DNA of 64,000 bases from an uncultured Spirochaetota bacterium. Lineage in GTDB: Bacteria; Spirochaetota; Spirochaetia; SZUA-6; Fen-1364. The position numbers and the translations under genes are program-made. The DNA is taken from assembly GCA_963820525.1 (NCBI GenBank), contig CAWGAA010000001.1, positions 2,272,001 through 2,336,000 of the forward strand. The letters are read 5' to 3'. Each line of letters starts with the position of its first letter. Position 1 is the stretch's first letter. The notes below the pieces were generated by a model. That model did no database searches, was not told the DNA's origin, and was given only the letters and a program-made list of their open reading frames with translations. Below are positions 20,241 through 30,796 of the stretch, piece after piece.

Positions 20241-20807
20241 ATGGATAATCGATCGACCATCCTTTCACTCGCAATGGAGCTCTTCGCTTCGCGCGGTTAC
20301 GAGGCGGTTGGCGTGCAGGAGATCGTTGATGCCGCGGGACTAACCAAGCCTACACTCTATCATTACTTTGGAAGCAAGCACGGCCTGCTCAGGGCACTGC
20401 TGCTCGATCACTACGAGCGGCTGAAAGGAGCCGTCGAAAAAGCTTCGGATTATCACGGGGACCTCCCGCTGACCCTCAGGCGCGTTGCGCAAGCGTATTT
20501 TCAGTTTTCCCTGGAGAACCCGACATTCTATCGATTGCAGCTCGCCCTTTTCTTCGCCCCGCGCAAGAGCGAAGCATTCACGGAGGTTTCCGGCCTGAAC
20601 GAAGGGTTGTTCTTCCTTGTCGAAGGTCTGTTCCAGCGCGCGGTCCGCGACCACGGCAACATGATGGATCGTCAGAGGCTGTATGCGGCATCCTTCATCG
20701 GGACGATCAACAACTGCATCGGGCTTTCCCTCAACGGATACCTCACCCTCGATGAGGCGCTGCTGGAGCGGGTCGTTGCCCAGTTCGAGCACGGGATCTA
20801 CTCATGA
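20241..20807 (+). CDS. TetR/AcrR family transcriptional regulator
   Basis: LFASRGYEAVGVQEIVDAAGLTKPTLYHYFGSK. Confidence 0.93.
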   Translation: MDNRSTILSLAMELFASRGYEAVGVQEIVDAAGLTKPTLYHYFGSKHGLLRALLLDHYERLKGAVEKASDYHGDLPLTLRRVAQAYFQFSLENPTFYRLQLALFFAPRKSEAFTEVSGLNEGLFFLVEGLFQRAVRDHGNMMDRQRLYAASFIGTINNCIGLSLNGYLTLDEALLERVVAQFEHGIYS

Positions 20808-22177
20808 CGGAGGCTGTCGTGAATCATTGGGCGGAGGATTCGATTTTCTACCATATCTACCCCCTCGGTCTCTGCGGGGCCCCGTTCAAGAACGACTTTT
20901 ACTCCCCCCCTGAGGAGCGGCTGGAAAGGCTCGCGCCCTGGCTCCCGCACATCGCGGATCTGGGCGCGAACGCCATCTACCTGGGCCCCCTCTTCGAATC
21001 GAGCAGCCACGGGTATGACACGGCGGACTACTACCGCGTGGACCGCAGGCTGGGAACCAACGAGACGCTGAAGCGCCTCATCACCGCCATGCACGAGAAG
21101 GGCTTCCGCATCATTCTCGACGCGGTCTTCAATCATGTCGGCCGGGACTTCTGGGCGTTCCAGGACGTGCTTCGAAGCGGCGCCTCTTCTGCCTGCAAGG
21201 GCTGGTTTCACGGCCTTGCCTTTGGAAAAAAGAGCCCGTACGGGGACCCCTTCTCCTACGTTGGATGGAACGGGCACTACAGCCTTGTGAAGCTCAATCT
21301 GGCCAACCCTGACGTGCGGGACCATCTTTTCTGCGCGATGGAGGCCTGGATCCGGGAATTCGAGATCGACGGCCTGCGGCTGGACGCGGCCGACTGCATC
21401 GACATCGGCTTCCTGCGGGAGCTTGCCTCTCGCGGCCGGCGCCTCAAGGCCGATTTCTGGCTGATGGGAGAGATCGTGCATGGGGACTACCGCCGCTGGG
21501 CCGACCCGAACATCCTCGATTCAGTCACCAACTACGAGTGCTACAAGGGCCTGTACTCAAGCCACGTGGACCGGAACTACTTCGAGATCGCCTATACCCT
21601 CAATCGTCAGTTCGGCCCCGATGGGTTGTATCGGGGGATCCCCCTGTACTCCTTTGCCGACAATCATGACGTCAATCGGGTATCCAGCATGCTGAAAAAT
21701 CCCGCCCACCTGGAGCCTCTCTACATCATTCTCTTCACGATGCCCGGCATCCCGTCGATCTACTACGGAAGCGAGTGGGGCCTGGAAGGGCGGAAGGACG
21801 GCACAGATCGACAACTGCGGCCCGAGCTTGACCTCGAGGCAGTATCGAGGACGGCTCCCCGGCCGGAGATCGCCGGGCTGGTATCGAGGCTCGCCCGCAT
21901 ACGCCGTGCAAGCCCCGCCCTGCGCCGCGGCGACTACAGGCAGCTCTCCGTTGGCCACGAGCATCTCGCCTTCAGCCGGATGACTGCGGATGAATACATG
22001 GTGGTCGTCCTCAATGCCTCCAACCGCCCCGCGCGGCTTGAGCTTCACATTCCGGGGGCAGCGGATGGGAGGCTCGTGGACCTTCTCGACTCGGGAAGGG
22101 AGTTTTCCATTCATGCAGGGAAGGCGGTCATAGAGGCGCTCAAGCCGGGAAGCGGCGCGGTCCTGAAGCTTCAATGA
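20804..22177 (+). CDS. GH13 alpha-amylase family glycosidase (cyclomaltodextrinase-like)
   Basis: SHGYDT, ILDAVFNH, DGLRLDAAD, GEIVHG, DNHD, GIPSIYYGSEWG; ATGA overlap with tetR. Confidence 0.92.
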   Translation: MTEAVVNHWAEDSIFYHIYPLGLCGAPFKNDFYSPPEERLERLAPWLPHIADLGANAIYLGPLFESSSHGYDTADYYRVDRRLGTNETLKRLITAMHEKGFRIILDAVFNHVGRDFWAFQDVLRSGASSACKGWFHGLAFGKKSPYGDPFSYVGWNGHYSLVKLNLANPDVRDHLFCAMEAWIREFEIDGLRLDAADCIDIGFLRELASRGRRLKADFWLMGEIVHGDYRRWADPNILDSVTNYECYKGLYSSHVDRNYFEIAYTLNRQFGPDGLYRGIPLYSFADNHDVNRVSSMLKNPAHLEPLYIILFTMPGIPSIYYGSEWGLEGRKDGTDRQLRPELDLEAVSRTAPRPEIAGLVSRLARIRRASPALRRGDYRQLSVGHEHLAFSRMTADEYMVVVLNASNRPARLELHIPGAADGRLVDLLDSGREFSIHAGKAVIEALKPGSGAVLKLQ

Positions 22178-22244
22178 ACGCTTGAGCGATCGCCGCGGCG
22201 CGCGGCGCCGCCGCGGAGGCGATTAAAAACCTCACAGGCGCCCC

Positions 22245-23567
22245 TTACAGCTCGTCCATCTTCCGCCAGAGCTTTCGCGCTGCTTCACGAGCCGCCGCGG
22301 AGACGGCGGACTCATCCGAAGCGAGGCGGCGGCCCTCCATGACGATCTTTCCATTCACGATGACCGTGTCGACCTGGGAGCCTCCCATGCCGAAGACGGC
22401 ATGGCCCGCCACGTTTGCGCTCTCAAGAGGGGTCGGCGGGAAGTAGTCGAGGATGACGAGGTCCGCCTTGTAGCCCCTTCGCACGCGGCCGAAGCTTTCC
22501 CCGAAACACCGCCCCAGGATCTCATTGCCGTTCTGGAGGAAGCGCGCGAAGTCTCCCGGCTCGAGGACGCCCCCGGCGTCCCTGTTCTTGAAGTAGGCGA
22601 AGGCAAGCTCCGCCAGCATGTCGGCCCCTATGCCGTCGGTCCCCAGCGCCACGTGCTTCAAATCGGAAAGCCGGGCGTTGTATCCCACGCGATTGTTCAT
22701 GTTTGACCGGCAGTTGTGTACCAGAAAGCCGTCCCGTCTGTTGAGAAGGTCCCTGTCCGCCGCGCTCAGGAAAACCCCATGGGCGATGAGGGATCGGTCC
22801 GTCAAAAGGCCGTTCTCGTCGAGGCGGACCAGTGGGCCCTTGCCCGCGTAGCGATGGGAGAATGAAGGGTCGAACCCGTCCTCCGCCACATGCACGTGGA
22901 AGCCGCGCCCGCTCTCCCGCACGAGGTCCCCCAGCGCGCGAAGCCCGTCGTCGCTCAAGGTAAAGGGGGCGTGCCCGCCGATCATTGCCTCAACCACCCG
23001 CTCCCTGCCCTTGCTCCCCTTCTCCTCTTCAGCCAGTCGGGCGAAGCGCTTGTTCTCTTCGATCCCCTCCTCCATCCCCTGCCGTCCGTTCCTGTCCGTG
23101 GTTTCGTAGCAGAGGACCCCTCTGAGTCCCACCTTCTCCAGGCAGCCCTTCAGGACGTCCAGGGAGCCGCTGATGAACGACGGCGAGGCATGGTGGTCGA
23201 TGACGGCGGTGCAGCCCGCCTTGAGCGCATCCGTTGCGGCAACCAGCGCGCTCGCCTCGAGGATCTCCTTGTCGATGGCGCGGTCCAGGCGCCACCAGAG
23301 GTTGGCCAGCGTGGAGACGAAATCATCGGACTGCGGGATCCGCGCCAGGATTCCCCGCGACAGGGCGGAATAGAAGTGGGCATGACCGCAGACAAGCCCC
23401 GGCATCACGACCCGCCCGCCGCAGTCGATGGCGCTGCTGGCGCGCACCCCGCTTGCAGCCCCGCGTCCCGTCGCGACGATCTCGGTTCCGTCGATGACGA
23501 CGTCCATCCCGTTCTCGACCTCAGGGGGATGCAGGTGGACCAGGGTGGCGTTCTTCAGGGCTTTCAT
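22245..23567 (-). CDS. ssnA: Putative aminohydrolase SsnA
   Basis: PGLVCGHAHFYSALSRG, LWWRLDRA, IDHHASP, GGHAPFTL, HVHVAE, HNCRSNMNN, LGTDGIG; ATGA overlap with ygfK. Confidence 0.92.
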   Translation of the reverse strand: MKALKNATLVHLHPPEVENGMDVVIDGTEIVATGRGAASGVRASSAIDCGGRVVMPGLVCGHAHFYSALSRGILARIPQSDDFVSTLANLWWRLDRAIDKEILEASALVAATDALKAGCTAVIDHHASPSFISGSLDVLKGCLEKVGLRGVLCYETTDRNGRQGMEEGIEENKRFARLAEEEKGSKGRERVVEAMIGGHAPFTLSDDGLRALGDLVRESGRGFHVHVAEDGFDPSFSHRYAGKGPLVRLDENGLLTDRSLIAHGVFLSAADRDLLNRRDGFLVHNCRSNMNNRVGYNARLSDLKHVALGTDGIGADMLAELAFAYFKNRDAGGVLEPGDFARFLQNGNEILGRCFGESFGRVRRGYKADLVILDYFPPTPLESANVAGHAVFGMGGSQVDTVIVNGKIVMEGRRLASDESAVSAAAREAARKLWRKMDEL

Positions 23568-26500
23568 GTCGACCTCCCCAACAGGTACGGGTAATCCCGG
23601 AGGATGGCTCGAATCACGGCGCGGGTTGATGCGTCCCCGACAGCCTGCGGTATCTCGGAAGATCCGTCGAGTGGGAACTCCCAGACCTGGGCGCCCAGAC
23701 GCACCGCCGCAGCAGCGCCCCTGAGGAAGAAGCCGGGGTTGGTTCCGGCACTGAAGTCTTCCGCCGTTTCATAGAGAGTGAGCTTGTCCTTGTACGGCCG
23801 TCCGTCCCACGGGCAGAAGGTGGCGCAGTTGCCGCACTCGTTGCACGGACCGTCGAGGTGCACAACCTGATAGGCATCCCGGTGGCCGCCGGGGACGAGC
23901 ACCGCCGCGTTTGCCCGGTTAGGACAAACCTCCACGCACTTCAGGCACAGCGCGTCGCATCCCAGGCACCGGGAGGATTCCTCCCGGAGCACGCTCCCGT
24001 CGTCCGAGGTCCGCGGGGGGGCGGCGGCCACGCGGCCGCGCCTTGCGCGGAGCTCTCGGGGTCCTCCCGGGGGGCGAACTGGGGGAGGCTCCTGCTCCCC
24101 CCTTCCCTGATGCAGATTGCATCGGCGGCGCGCCGCGCCGATGCGATGGCCTTCACGATGGTATCGGCGCCGCAGGCCGCGTCCCCGATGAGGAATACTC
24201 CCTCGACCGGGGTCTCCTGGGTCACGGCATTCGCTTCCCGGTCTCCTCCGCTCAGGCCCAGGCCGGAAAGCGCGCGGGAATCCTGCCCCGCCCCAATGGC
24301 GGCGATGACGGAATCAGCGGGCAGGGTTTCCATGGCCTCGGTGGGGACGGGCTTTCTGCGGCCGCTTTCATCCGCCTCCCCGAGCGCCATGACGCGGCAA
24401 ACGAGCGACCCCCCTTGGGTGCGCTCCAGCGGGGAGCGAAGGAAATGAAAACGGATTCCTTCAGCCAGGGCGGCCTCGTACTCTTCGCGAGAAGCCGGCA
24501 TCTCGTCCCGGGAACGGCGATAGACGACCCTCACCTCCTCCACCCCCGGGGATCGCTTCGCGGCCCTGGCCGCGTCCATGGCCGTGTCTCCGGCGCCGAT
24601 CACCGCCACGGCGCGGCCCAGCGAGAGCCGCCCGGCATCCTTGCGGTATTGGCGCAGGAAGGAGAGGGCATCGAGGGCTCCCTCGATCGGGAGGCTGCCG
24701 CCGGCTTCCGCCCCAACCGCGACGAGGATGTAGGAATACCCCCTCTTTTTCAGGGCGCCGATGGTCTGGGCCTGGCCCTGGCCGAAATGGAACTGGACGC
24801 CCATGTCGTGGAGCAGAGAAACGTCCTTCTCCACGGCGTCGGCAGGTACCCGGAACCCGGGAAGGAGGTAGCGCACAACCCCACCGGGCTCCTCCTCCCG
24901 CTCGAAAACATGGATTTCGAAACCCTCCCGGGCAAGGAAGGAGGATGCCGCAAGTCCCGCCGGGCCGGCGCCGACCACGGCGACTTTCACCCTTCCGAGG
25001 GCGGTCCCCACGGCCCGCGGCGCGGCCATTCGTTTTGAAAGCGATCCGCTCTGCCTGAAATCGGCATAGCCCCTCTCCGCCGAAATCCTCTTCATCTCCC
25101 TGATCCTCACGGGCTGGTCCCAATCCAGGCGCGTGCAGTTTGCCTCGCACTGATGGTCGCACAGATATCCGGTGATGAAGGGAAGGGGGTTTCTCTCATG
25201 GATCACGGCGAACGCCTTCGGGAATCGCTCCAGCCCCGCCTGGTGGATATAGAGGGGAACCTCCTGGCCGATGGGACAGGCCGTCACGCAGGGAGCGACG
25301 AAACAGTCGAAAAGCGGGAGAAGCCCATCGGCATGGACGCGAGCTTTTCCCCGGAACTCCTTTTGAAACTGCGGGGCGGAAAGCGCCGCCTCGGCCGCTG
25401 TGCGCGCTTTCTCGGAGTCGACGCGGCCGGCGAGGGGCTCCCCTGCATCAGGCTCGCCCTGCCGATCGGCGGCATGCCGCGCCGCGATGTCGGCGAGCTG
25501 ATTCAGCCTGCCATAGCCTCCCGGCTTCAAAAGCTCCGTGGCCACGGTCACGGGGCGGATCCCGGCGTCCAGGATTGCGGCCAGGTTCCATGCCGAAGCC
25601 CCGCCGGAGAAGGAGATGGGAAGAGCGCCGGCGAAATCCTCCGACAGCTTCGCCGCCAGGCTCATGGTTATGGGGTACAGCGCGCGGCCCGACATGTACA
25701 TCTCGGCGCCGGGAAGCGCTGCCCCGGTATTGCGCACGGCCAGCGTGTTGGAGAGCTTCACCCCGAAGCGCCTCCCCTCCCTGGCAGCAAGCTCGGCCAG
25801 CCGCCGGAGCATGGGAAGCGCCTCCGCGTAGTGCAGGTCCCTGCCGAACCCCTCCTCGTCCAGCTCCACGTCGGTGAAGCCGGTCCGGCCGAGCATTTCC
25901 TTGACCGTCTGGTATCCGAGGAGAGTCGGATTGAGCTTCACCAGGGTGTCCAGCTTCTTTTCCACCAGGAGGTGTGAGCAGATCGACTCGATCTGGGCCG
26001 GCGGGCAGCCGTGCATGGTGGAGAGGGTCGCGGAGGCGCAGATCTTGGGGGAAATATCGATGGGCCAGGCGATGACTTTCACCCCGAGGGAGCGATCCGC
26101 GGCGAGCCGCGACGTCTCTTCGATGTAGCGGTGGTACAGGGGCTCGGCGTAGGAGTCGATGAGCCGATTGATGAAGAGGTCCACCTTCTGCGACGTGATG
26201 CCCGCAAGGTCGTAGCCGACGCTCATCGTGAAGCGGATGGGAGGCGCGCCCGAGGAGGCTGCCTTCACCCTTTCCCGGCCGGCCGCCTGGCAGGCGGCGG
26301 CCACAAGCCTCTCCAAAACATGCAGCAGGAACCATGCCTTGAGGTATTCGTCGTAGGCCTGCGGGAGGGTGAGCTCGGTGGACCATTCGACATTGTAGCC
26401 TTCATCCGAGGCGTCGATGCAGGGTTTTGAAACGGTAAGCTCGTCGAGGGCCTGGACAGTCTTGAGCTCGAAATAGCGGCCACCCGCCAGCCAGGCGCAG

Positions 26501-26679
26501 AGGATGTTCTGGGCCAGCTGCGTATGGGGACCGGCCGCGGGCCCGAGGATGGGCAGCCCTGCCCGGGGATGGACGAAGAGCTCCCGGGGAAGCTCGAATA
26601 TCGTCCCATGGCGGCGATATTCGCCGAGGGCTCGAATCAGAAGCTCGCTGTAGGGAAGCTGACGCATCGCGCCGCTCAA
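23564..26679 (-). CDS. ygfK: YgfK oxidoreductase (annotated putative selenate reductase subunit); frameshift near 24055
   Basis: GPAAGPHTQLAQN, ELKTVQ, EGYNVEWSTEL, TLSTMHGCPP, GVKLSNT, CFVAPC, GAGPAG; the C-terminal ferredoxin part (RCLGC..CLKCVEVCPNRAN, CNECGNCATFCP) lies in the adjacent frame 23564-24031. Probable TTG start at 26679. Confidence 0.88.
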
Positions 26680-26801
26680 TGCCTTTCTCCCGGTCCCCGT
26701 CATGATACGGTGAGCGGCATCGATTGTAAAGCAAGGCTTCTCTCGCGCACGAATGACGAGCTCACCTTGACAGCGGGGGCCGCCGCTGTTTCCATGGAAA
26801 C

Positions 26802-28268
26802 ATGATCAACCTCGAGGTGGATGCCGCGGCGCGCGCGCGCAATATCGCAAGGTGCAGGGAGCGGGGGGTCATCCTTCCCACCTTTGCCCAGATGCGAGAC
26901 CCCGCGCTGATCCCCGCAGGGGTGAAGGGGCGCCTGAAAAAGGTCGGTTTGTGGGACCTGGACCCCGGAAACCTCTTTCGCATCTCCTGGCACAACCAGC
27001 CCATTCCCAGCGGAGGTCTGTTCGGGGCTGTAAACCGAATCGAGTTTCCCCGCGAGCTTACGGGAGTTTCGGCCCGCATCATCGCCCTTGTCGGCAAGTG
27101 GTTTCCCACGGGTGCGCACAAGGTGGGAGCCACCTACGGCTGCCTGGCTCCGGCCCTGGTCACGGGACGATTCGATTCGACCAGGCAGAAGGCTGTCTGG
27201 CCGTCGACGGGGAACTACTGCAGGGGCGGCGCCTTCAACTCGGCCCTCCTGGGGTGCACCTCGATCGCCATCCTCCCCGAGGGGATGAGCAGGGAGCGCT
27301 TCCAGTGGCTTTCCGGCATCGCGGGCGAGGTGATCACGACTCCGGGTGGAGAGAGCAACGTGAAGGAGATCTTCGATGCGTGCCGCGAGCTTTCCCGCAA
27401 ACGCGGGGACGACATCGTGATCTTCAACCAGTTCGAGGAGCCCGGTAACTATCTCTGGCACCACGAGGTAACGGGAGAAGCCCTTGTCTCGCTCGCCTCG
27501 GAGGAGCTGGATAGAGGGGGCGAGCTTCGCGCCTTCATCTCGTCCACGGGCTCGGCAGGCACGATCGCGGCGGGAGATCGCCTCAAGGAGGCGTTCCCGG
27601 CGGTGAAGATCGCCGCTGCCGAGGCCCTCCAGTGCCCCACTCTCCTTTCCAATGGCTTTGGCGCCCATCGCATCGAGGGAATCGGGGACAAGCACGTCCC
27701 CTGGATCCACAACGTGAGGAATACGGACGTCGTGATCGCCGTGGACGATGAGGACTGCATGCGCTGCCTGCGCCTGTTCAACGAGCCGGAGGGACGGAGG
27801 CTCCTCGAGGAGTCCGGCGTGCCCCGGGCTCTCATCGACTCTCTCCCCCTTCTGGGGATTTCAGGCATCGCAAACCTCCTGGCATCGGTGAAGCTCGCCC
27901 TCCACTTCGAGATGGATGAGCGGGAAATCGTTCTCACGGTGCTTACCGATTCGATGGAGCTGTACGGCTCGCGGCTCGGGGAGCTTGAACGCCAGAAGGG
28001 CCCATTCGGTCGGGACGAGGCCGTGCGTGCCCACGCGATTTCACTCTCCGGCCAGCGGGCCGACAACGTGCTCGAGCTTGACTGGCGCGAGCGAAAGCGC
28101 GTGCATAATTTGAAATACTACACGTGGGTGGAGCAGCAGGGAAAGAGCGCCGTAGAGCTCGCCGATCAATGGTCCAGCCGGGAATACTGGAAGGGGATTC
28201 AACTGCAAGCGGCCCGGATCGACGGGCTCATCGAAGAGTTCAACCGCGAGGCGGGAGTCTCCGGGTGA
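26802..28268 (+). CDS. Fold-type II PLP-dependent enzyme (cysteine synthase/beta family)
   Basis: FPTGAHKVG (PLP lysine), WPSTGNYCRGG, TGSAGT, HRIEGIGDKHVPW. Confidence 0.85.
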   Translation: MINLEVDAAARARNIARCRERGVILPTFAQMRDPALIPAGVKGRLKKVGLWDLDPGNLFRISWHNQPIPSGGLFGAVNRIEFPRELTGVSARIIALVGKWFPTGAHKVGATYGCLAPALVTGRFDSTRQKAVWPSTGNYCRGGAFNSALLGCTSIAILPEGMSRERFQWLSGIAGEVITTPGGESNVKEIFDACRELSRKRGDDIVIFNQFEEPGNYLWHHEVTGEALVSLASEELDRGGELRAFISSTGSAGTIAAGDRLKEAFPAVKIAAAEALQCPTLLSNGFGAHRIEGIGDKHVPWIHNVRNTDVVIAVDDEDCMRCLRLFNEPEGRRLLEESGVPRALIDSLPLLGISGIANLLASVKLALHFEMDEREIVLTVLTDSMELYGSRLGELERQKGPFGRDEAVRAHAISLSGQRADNVLELDWRERKRVHNLKYYTWVEQQGKSAVELADQWSSREYWKGIQLQAARIDGLIEEFNREAGVSG

Positions 28269-29503
28269 GCGTCGGATACGCATGCGTGAGCTGCGGCCGC
28301 ACCTATCAGACCGACGAGGTCATCTACCTGTGCCCGGCGTGCAGCGCTGAGAAGGCGGCGGCCGGAGGCGGGTTTCAAAAGGGGATCCTCATAACGACCT
28401 TCCAGCCCCGGGAGAGCTTCAGGCCGGGCCTCCCCATGGACCCGAAGCTGTTCCTGCCGCTCGCCGCGGAAAACGCCGCGTTCAGCGCCGGAAACACCCC
28501 CCTGGTCGAGCCCCATGCCCTGCGCCGAAAGACGGGCTTCCCGCGGCTCTTTTTCAAGAACGAAGCGCTCAACCCCTCCGGATCGCTCAAGGACAGGGCT
28601 TCGATGCTCGTCGTCGAGCAGGCGAGGCTCCACGGGGAGAAGCGGATCGCCCTTGCATCCACCGGGAACGCCGGAGCTTCAATGGCCTGCGCGGGGGCAG
28701 CCTGCGGCCTCCAGGTCGTCCTCTTCGTTCCGGCCGCGGCGCCGCGCGCCAAGCTCCTTCAGGCGCTTCTCTTCGGGGCCAAGGTTGTCCCCATTGCGGG
28801 GCCCTACGACGAGGCGTTCCGCCTTTCCATCGAATACACGACGCGCCATGGGGGGATCAACCGCAACACGGGCTTCAACCCGTTCACGATCGAGGGCAAG
28901 AAAACGGTCTCGATCGAGATCTTCAATCAATTGGACTGCATGGTACCCGATGCCGTGTACGTTCCCACGGGAGACGGGGTCATTCTCGGCGGCGTATGGA
29001 AGGGGTTTTCGGACCTCGTTACGGCAGGCCTGGCCGAGAAGATGCCTGCCCTGATTTCGGTTCAGGTGGATGGCAGCAATGCCATCGCCCGCAGCTGGCG
29101 GGAGGGGCGCCAGGTGGCACTTGAGCGCGCATCGACCATCGCAGACTCCCTTGCGGTGGCCTCCCCCGTCAACGGCGAGATGGCCCTCCAGTGCCTGGCG
29201 AAGACGGGCGGCAGGGCCGTCGAAGTGAGCGATGAAGAGACGAGCCGCGCCCAGGCCGAGCTGTGCAAAGAGAGCGGTCTTTTCGTGGAGCCTTCGTCGG
29301 CGGCGGCGTGGGCGGGGTTCAGGAAGGACATTCCGAATCTTGATCCGGGCTCCCGCGTCGTGGTCCTCCTCACGGGAACGGGTTTCAAGGACATCGCCGC
29401 GGCGGAAAAGCTCGTGAGCCTTCCCGACGCCTGTGCCCCGGATCTCGATAGCGCCCTTCGCCTGCTGGAGAGCTCCTATGGGATCAAAAGCGGAGAGCCG
29501 TAG
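28265..29503 (+). CDS. Threonine synthase-like PLP enzyme
   Basis: GTGA overlap with the previous gene; CVSCG..CPAC, GNTPL, KNEALNPSGSLKDRAS, ASTGNAG, EGKKT, VPTGDG, VEPSSAAA, LTGTGFKD. Confidence 0.85.
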   Translation: MSVGYACVSCGRTYQTDEVIYLCPACSAEKAAAGGGFQKGILITTFQPRESFRPGLPMDPKLFLPLAAENAAFSAGNTPLVEPHALRRKTGFPRLFFKNEALNPSGSLKDRASMLVVEQARLHGEKRIALASTGNAGASMACAGAACGLQVVLFVPAAAPRAKLLQALLFGAKVVPIAGPYDEAFRLSIEYTTRHGGINRNTGFNPFTIEGKKTVSIEIFNQLDCMVPDAVYVPTGDGVILGGVWKGFSDLVTAGLAEKMPALISVQVDGSNAIARSWREGRQVALERASTIADSLAVASPVNGEMALQCLAKTGGRAVEVSDEETSRAQAELCKESGLFVEPSSAAAWAGFRKDIPNLDPGSRVVVLLTGTGFKDIAAAEKLVSLPDACAPDLDSALRLLESSYGIKSGEP

Positions 29504-30644
29504 CGGCTGTCGCGCTCCGCCTGTCCATCCCGAGCTTCCGGCAGACGGCATCCCCCGTCTTCTCCGCCATGAGCCGGAAGGTGGTGAGCTTGCCGCCCAC
29601 GATGGTCACCATGCCCTCAACCCCATCGCTTTCGGCGTGATCGATCACGGTGAAATCCCTGCTCAGCCGCCGCGGATCGGGATCGGCGCCGAGGCTCGCC
29701 CTGCCCCGGGGGTCGTAGAGGGGACGGACGGCGGACCAGCTGTGAACCACCCTCGCCTCCTCGAGGCCGGGAAGGAGGGCGCCGATCCGCTTGCGCATGA
29801 GATCCAGCTCCCACTCTCCCACCTGCCTGTCTTCGGGGTCACTCGTGGCAACGGTTGTCGTTCCCGCGATGCTGTGCCGCCCCCGCGGGAGGATGACGTC
29901 TCCATCGTCGGGAGGCTGGAGCGTGTTGAGCACGCTGCCCACCAGGCGGCCTTCGAAGGCCACCATGGCGCCCCGCGCGAGGTCCAGCCGGAGGCTTGCT
30001 CCTGCCATGGCGGCCACCTCGCCGCTCCAGGGCCCGGCCGCGTTCACGACGAGCCGGCATGAGAGTCGGCGGATTTCCCCCGAGCGCACATCAGAGAGGC
30101 GGGCTTCGGCGACCCCATCCTCCGCGGAAGAAAGGCTGTCCAGACGGTGGAAGGTGAGAAACCGTGCGCCCAATGATTCCGCGTTCTTTCGAAGAAGCCC
30201 GCAGAGGCGCAGGGAATGGCATACGGCGTCGGGAACCTCGAAAGCGCGCCTGACTGCGCGCGCCAGGCCGGGCTCCCGCTTGAAGGCTTCCCCGACGGAC
30301 AGCTCCCCCACCGTGATTTCAGCTCGCTTGCATGCCGCCAGCCACTCCTCGACGAACGACTCCGGCCCCGTGGGCAGGAGAACGAAGAGCCCCCCCGTAT
30401 CGTCGATTGCCTGAGGCGCAAGCCGCTTGAGAAGCGCATTCTCCCGAAAGCATTCTCCGGCCGTGACGGGATCGGACACCGCGTAGCGCGCTCCCGAGTG
30501 CAGAAGACCATGATAGCGCCCGCTGGTCCCGCCCCCGATGTCACCCCTTTCAACGAGGGTGACGGCGAACCCGCGCAGCGCGAGGTCCCACGCCACCCCG
30601 CAGCCGGTGACGCCTCCTCCGATTACCAGCACCTCAGGTTCCAT
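29484..30644 (-). CDS. GlpA-like FAD-dependent glycerol-3-phosphate dehydrogenase/oxidase
   Basis: IGGGVTG, GTSGRYHGLLHSGARY, NAAGPW, AVRPL, GGKLTTFRLMAE; ends without the usual C-terminal BFD-like Fe-S domain. Confidence 0.82.
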   Translation of the reverse strand: MEPEVLVIGGGVTGCGVAWDLALRGFAVTLVERGDIGGGTSGRYHGLLHSGARYAVSDPVTAGECFRENALLKRLAPQAIDDTGGLFVLLPTGPESFVEEWLAACKRAEITVGELSVGEAFKREPGLARAVRRAFEVPDAVCHSLRLCGLLRKNAESLGARFLTFHRLDSLSSAEDGVAEARLSDVRSGEIRRLSCRLVVNAAGPWSGEVAAMAGASLRLDLARGAMVAFEGRLVGSVLNTLQPPDDGDVILPRGRHSIAGTTTVATSDPEDRQVGEWELDLMRKRIGALLPGLEEARVVHSWSAVRPLYDPRGRASLGADPDPRRLSRDFTVIDHAESDGVEGMVTIVGGKLTTFRLMAEKTGDAVCRKLGMDRRSATAATALRF

Positions 30645-30737
30645 CAATCCAAAATACAGTCATCGGGCCCGCCGTGACGAGCGAGATGAGTCAATAGCGG
30701 GATGTTTGGCTGGGATTCATGAGCGGCAATTACGTTC

Positions 30738-30765
30738 TCTATGTTCAGTATATACAAAACATAGA
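30738..30765. promoter_or_regulatory. Dyad operator between the divergent glpA-like and regulator genes
   Basis: TCTATGTT-ca-GTATATAC-aa-AACATAGA. Confidence 0.6.
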
Positions 30766-30796
30766 AAACCTGTTATGAGATTACAGGAGGCCTTGC

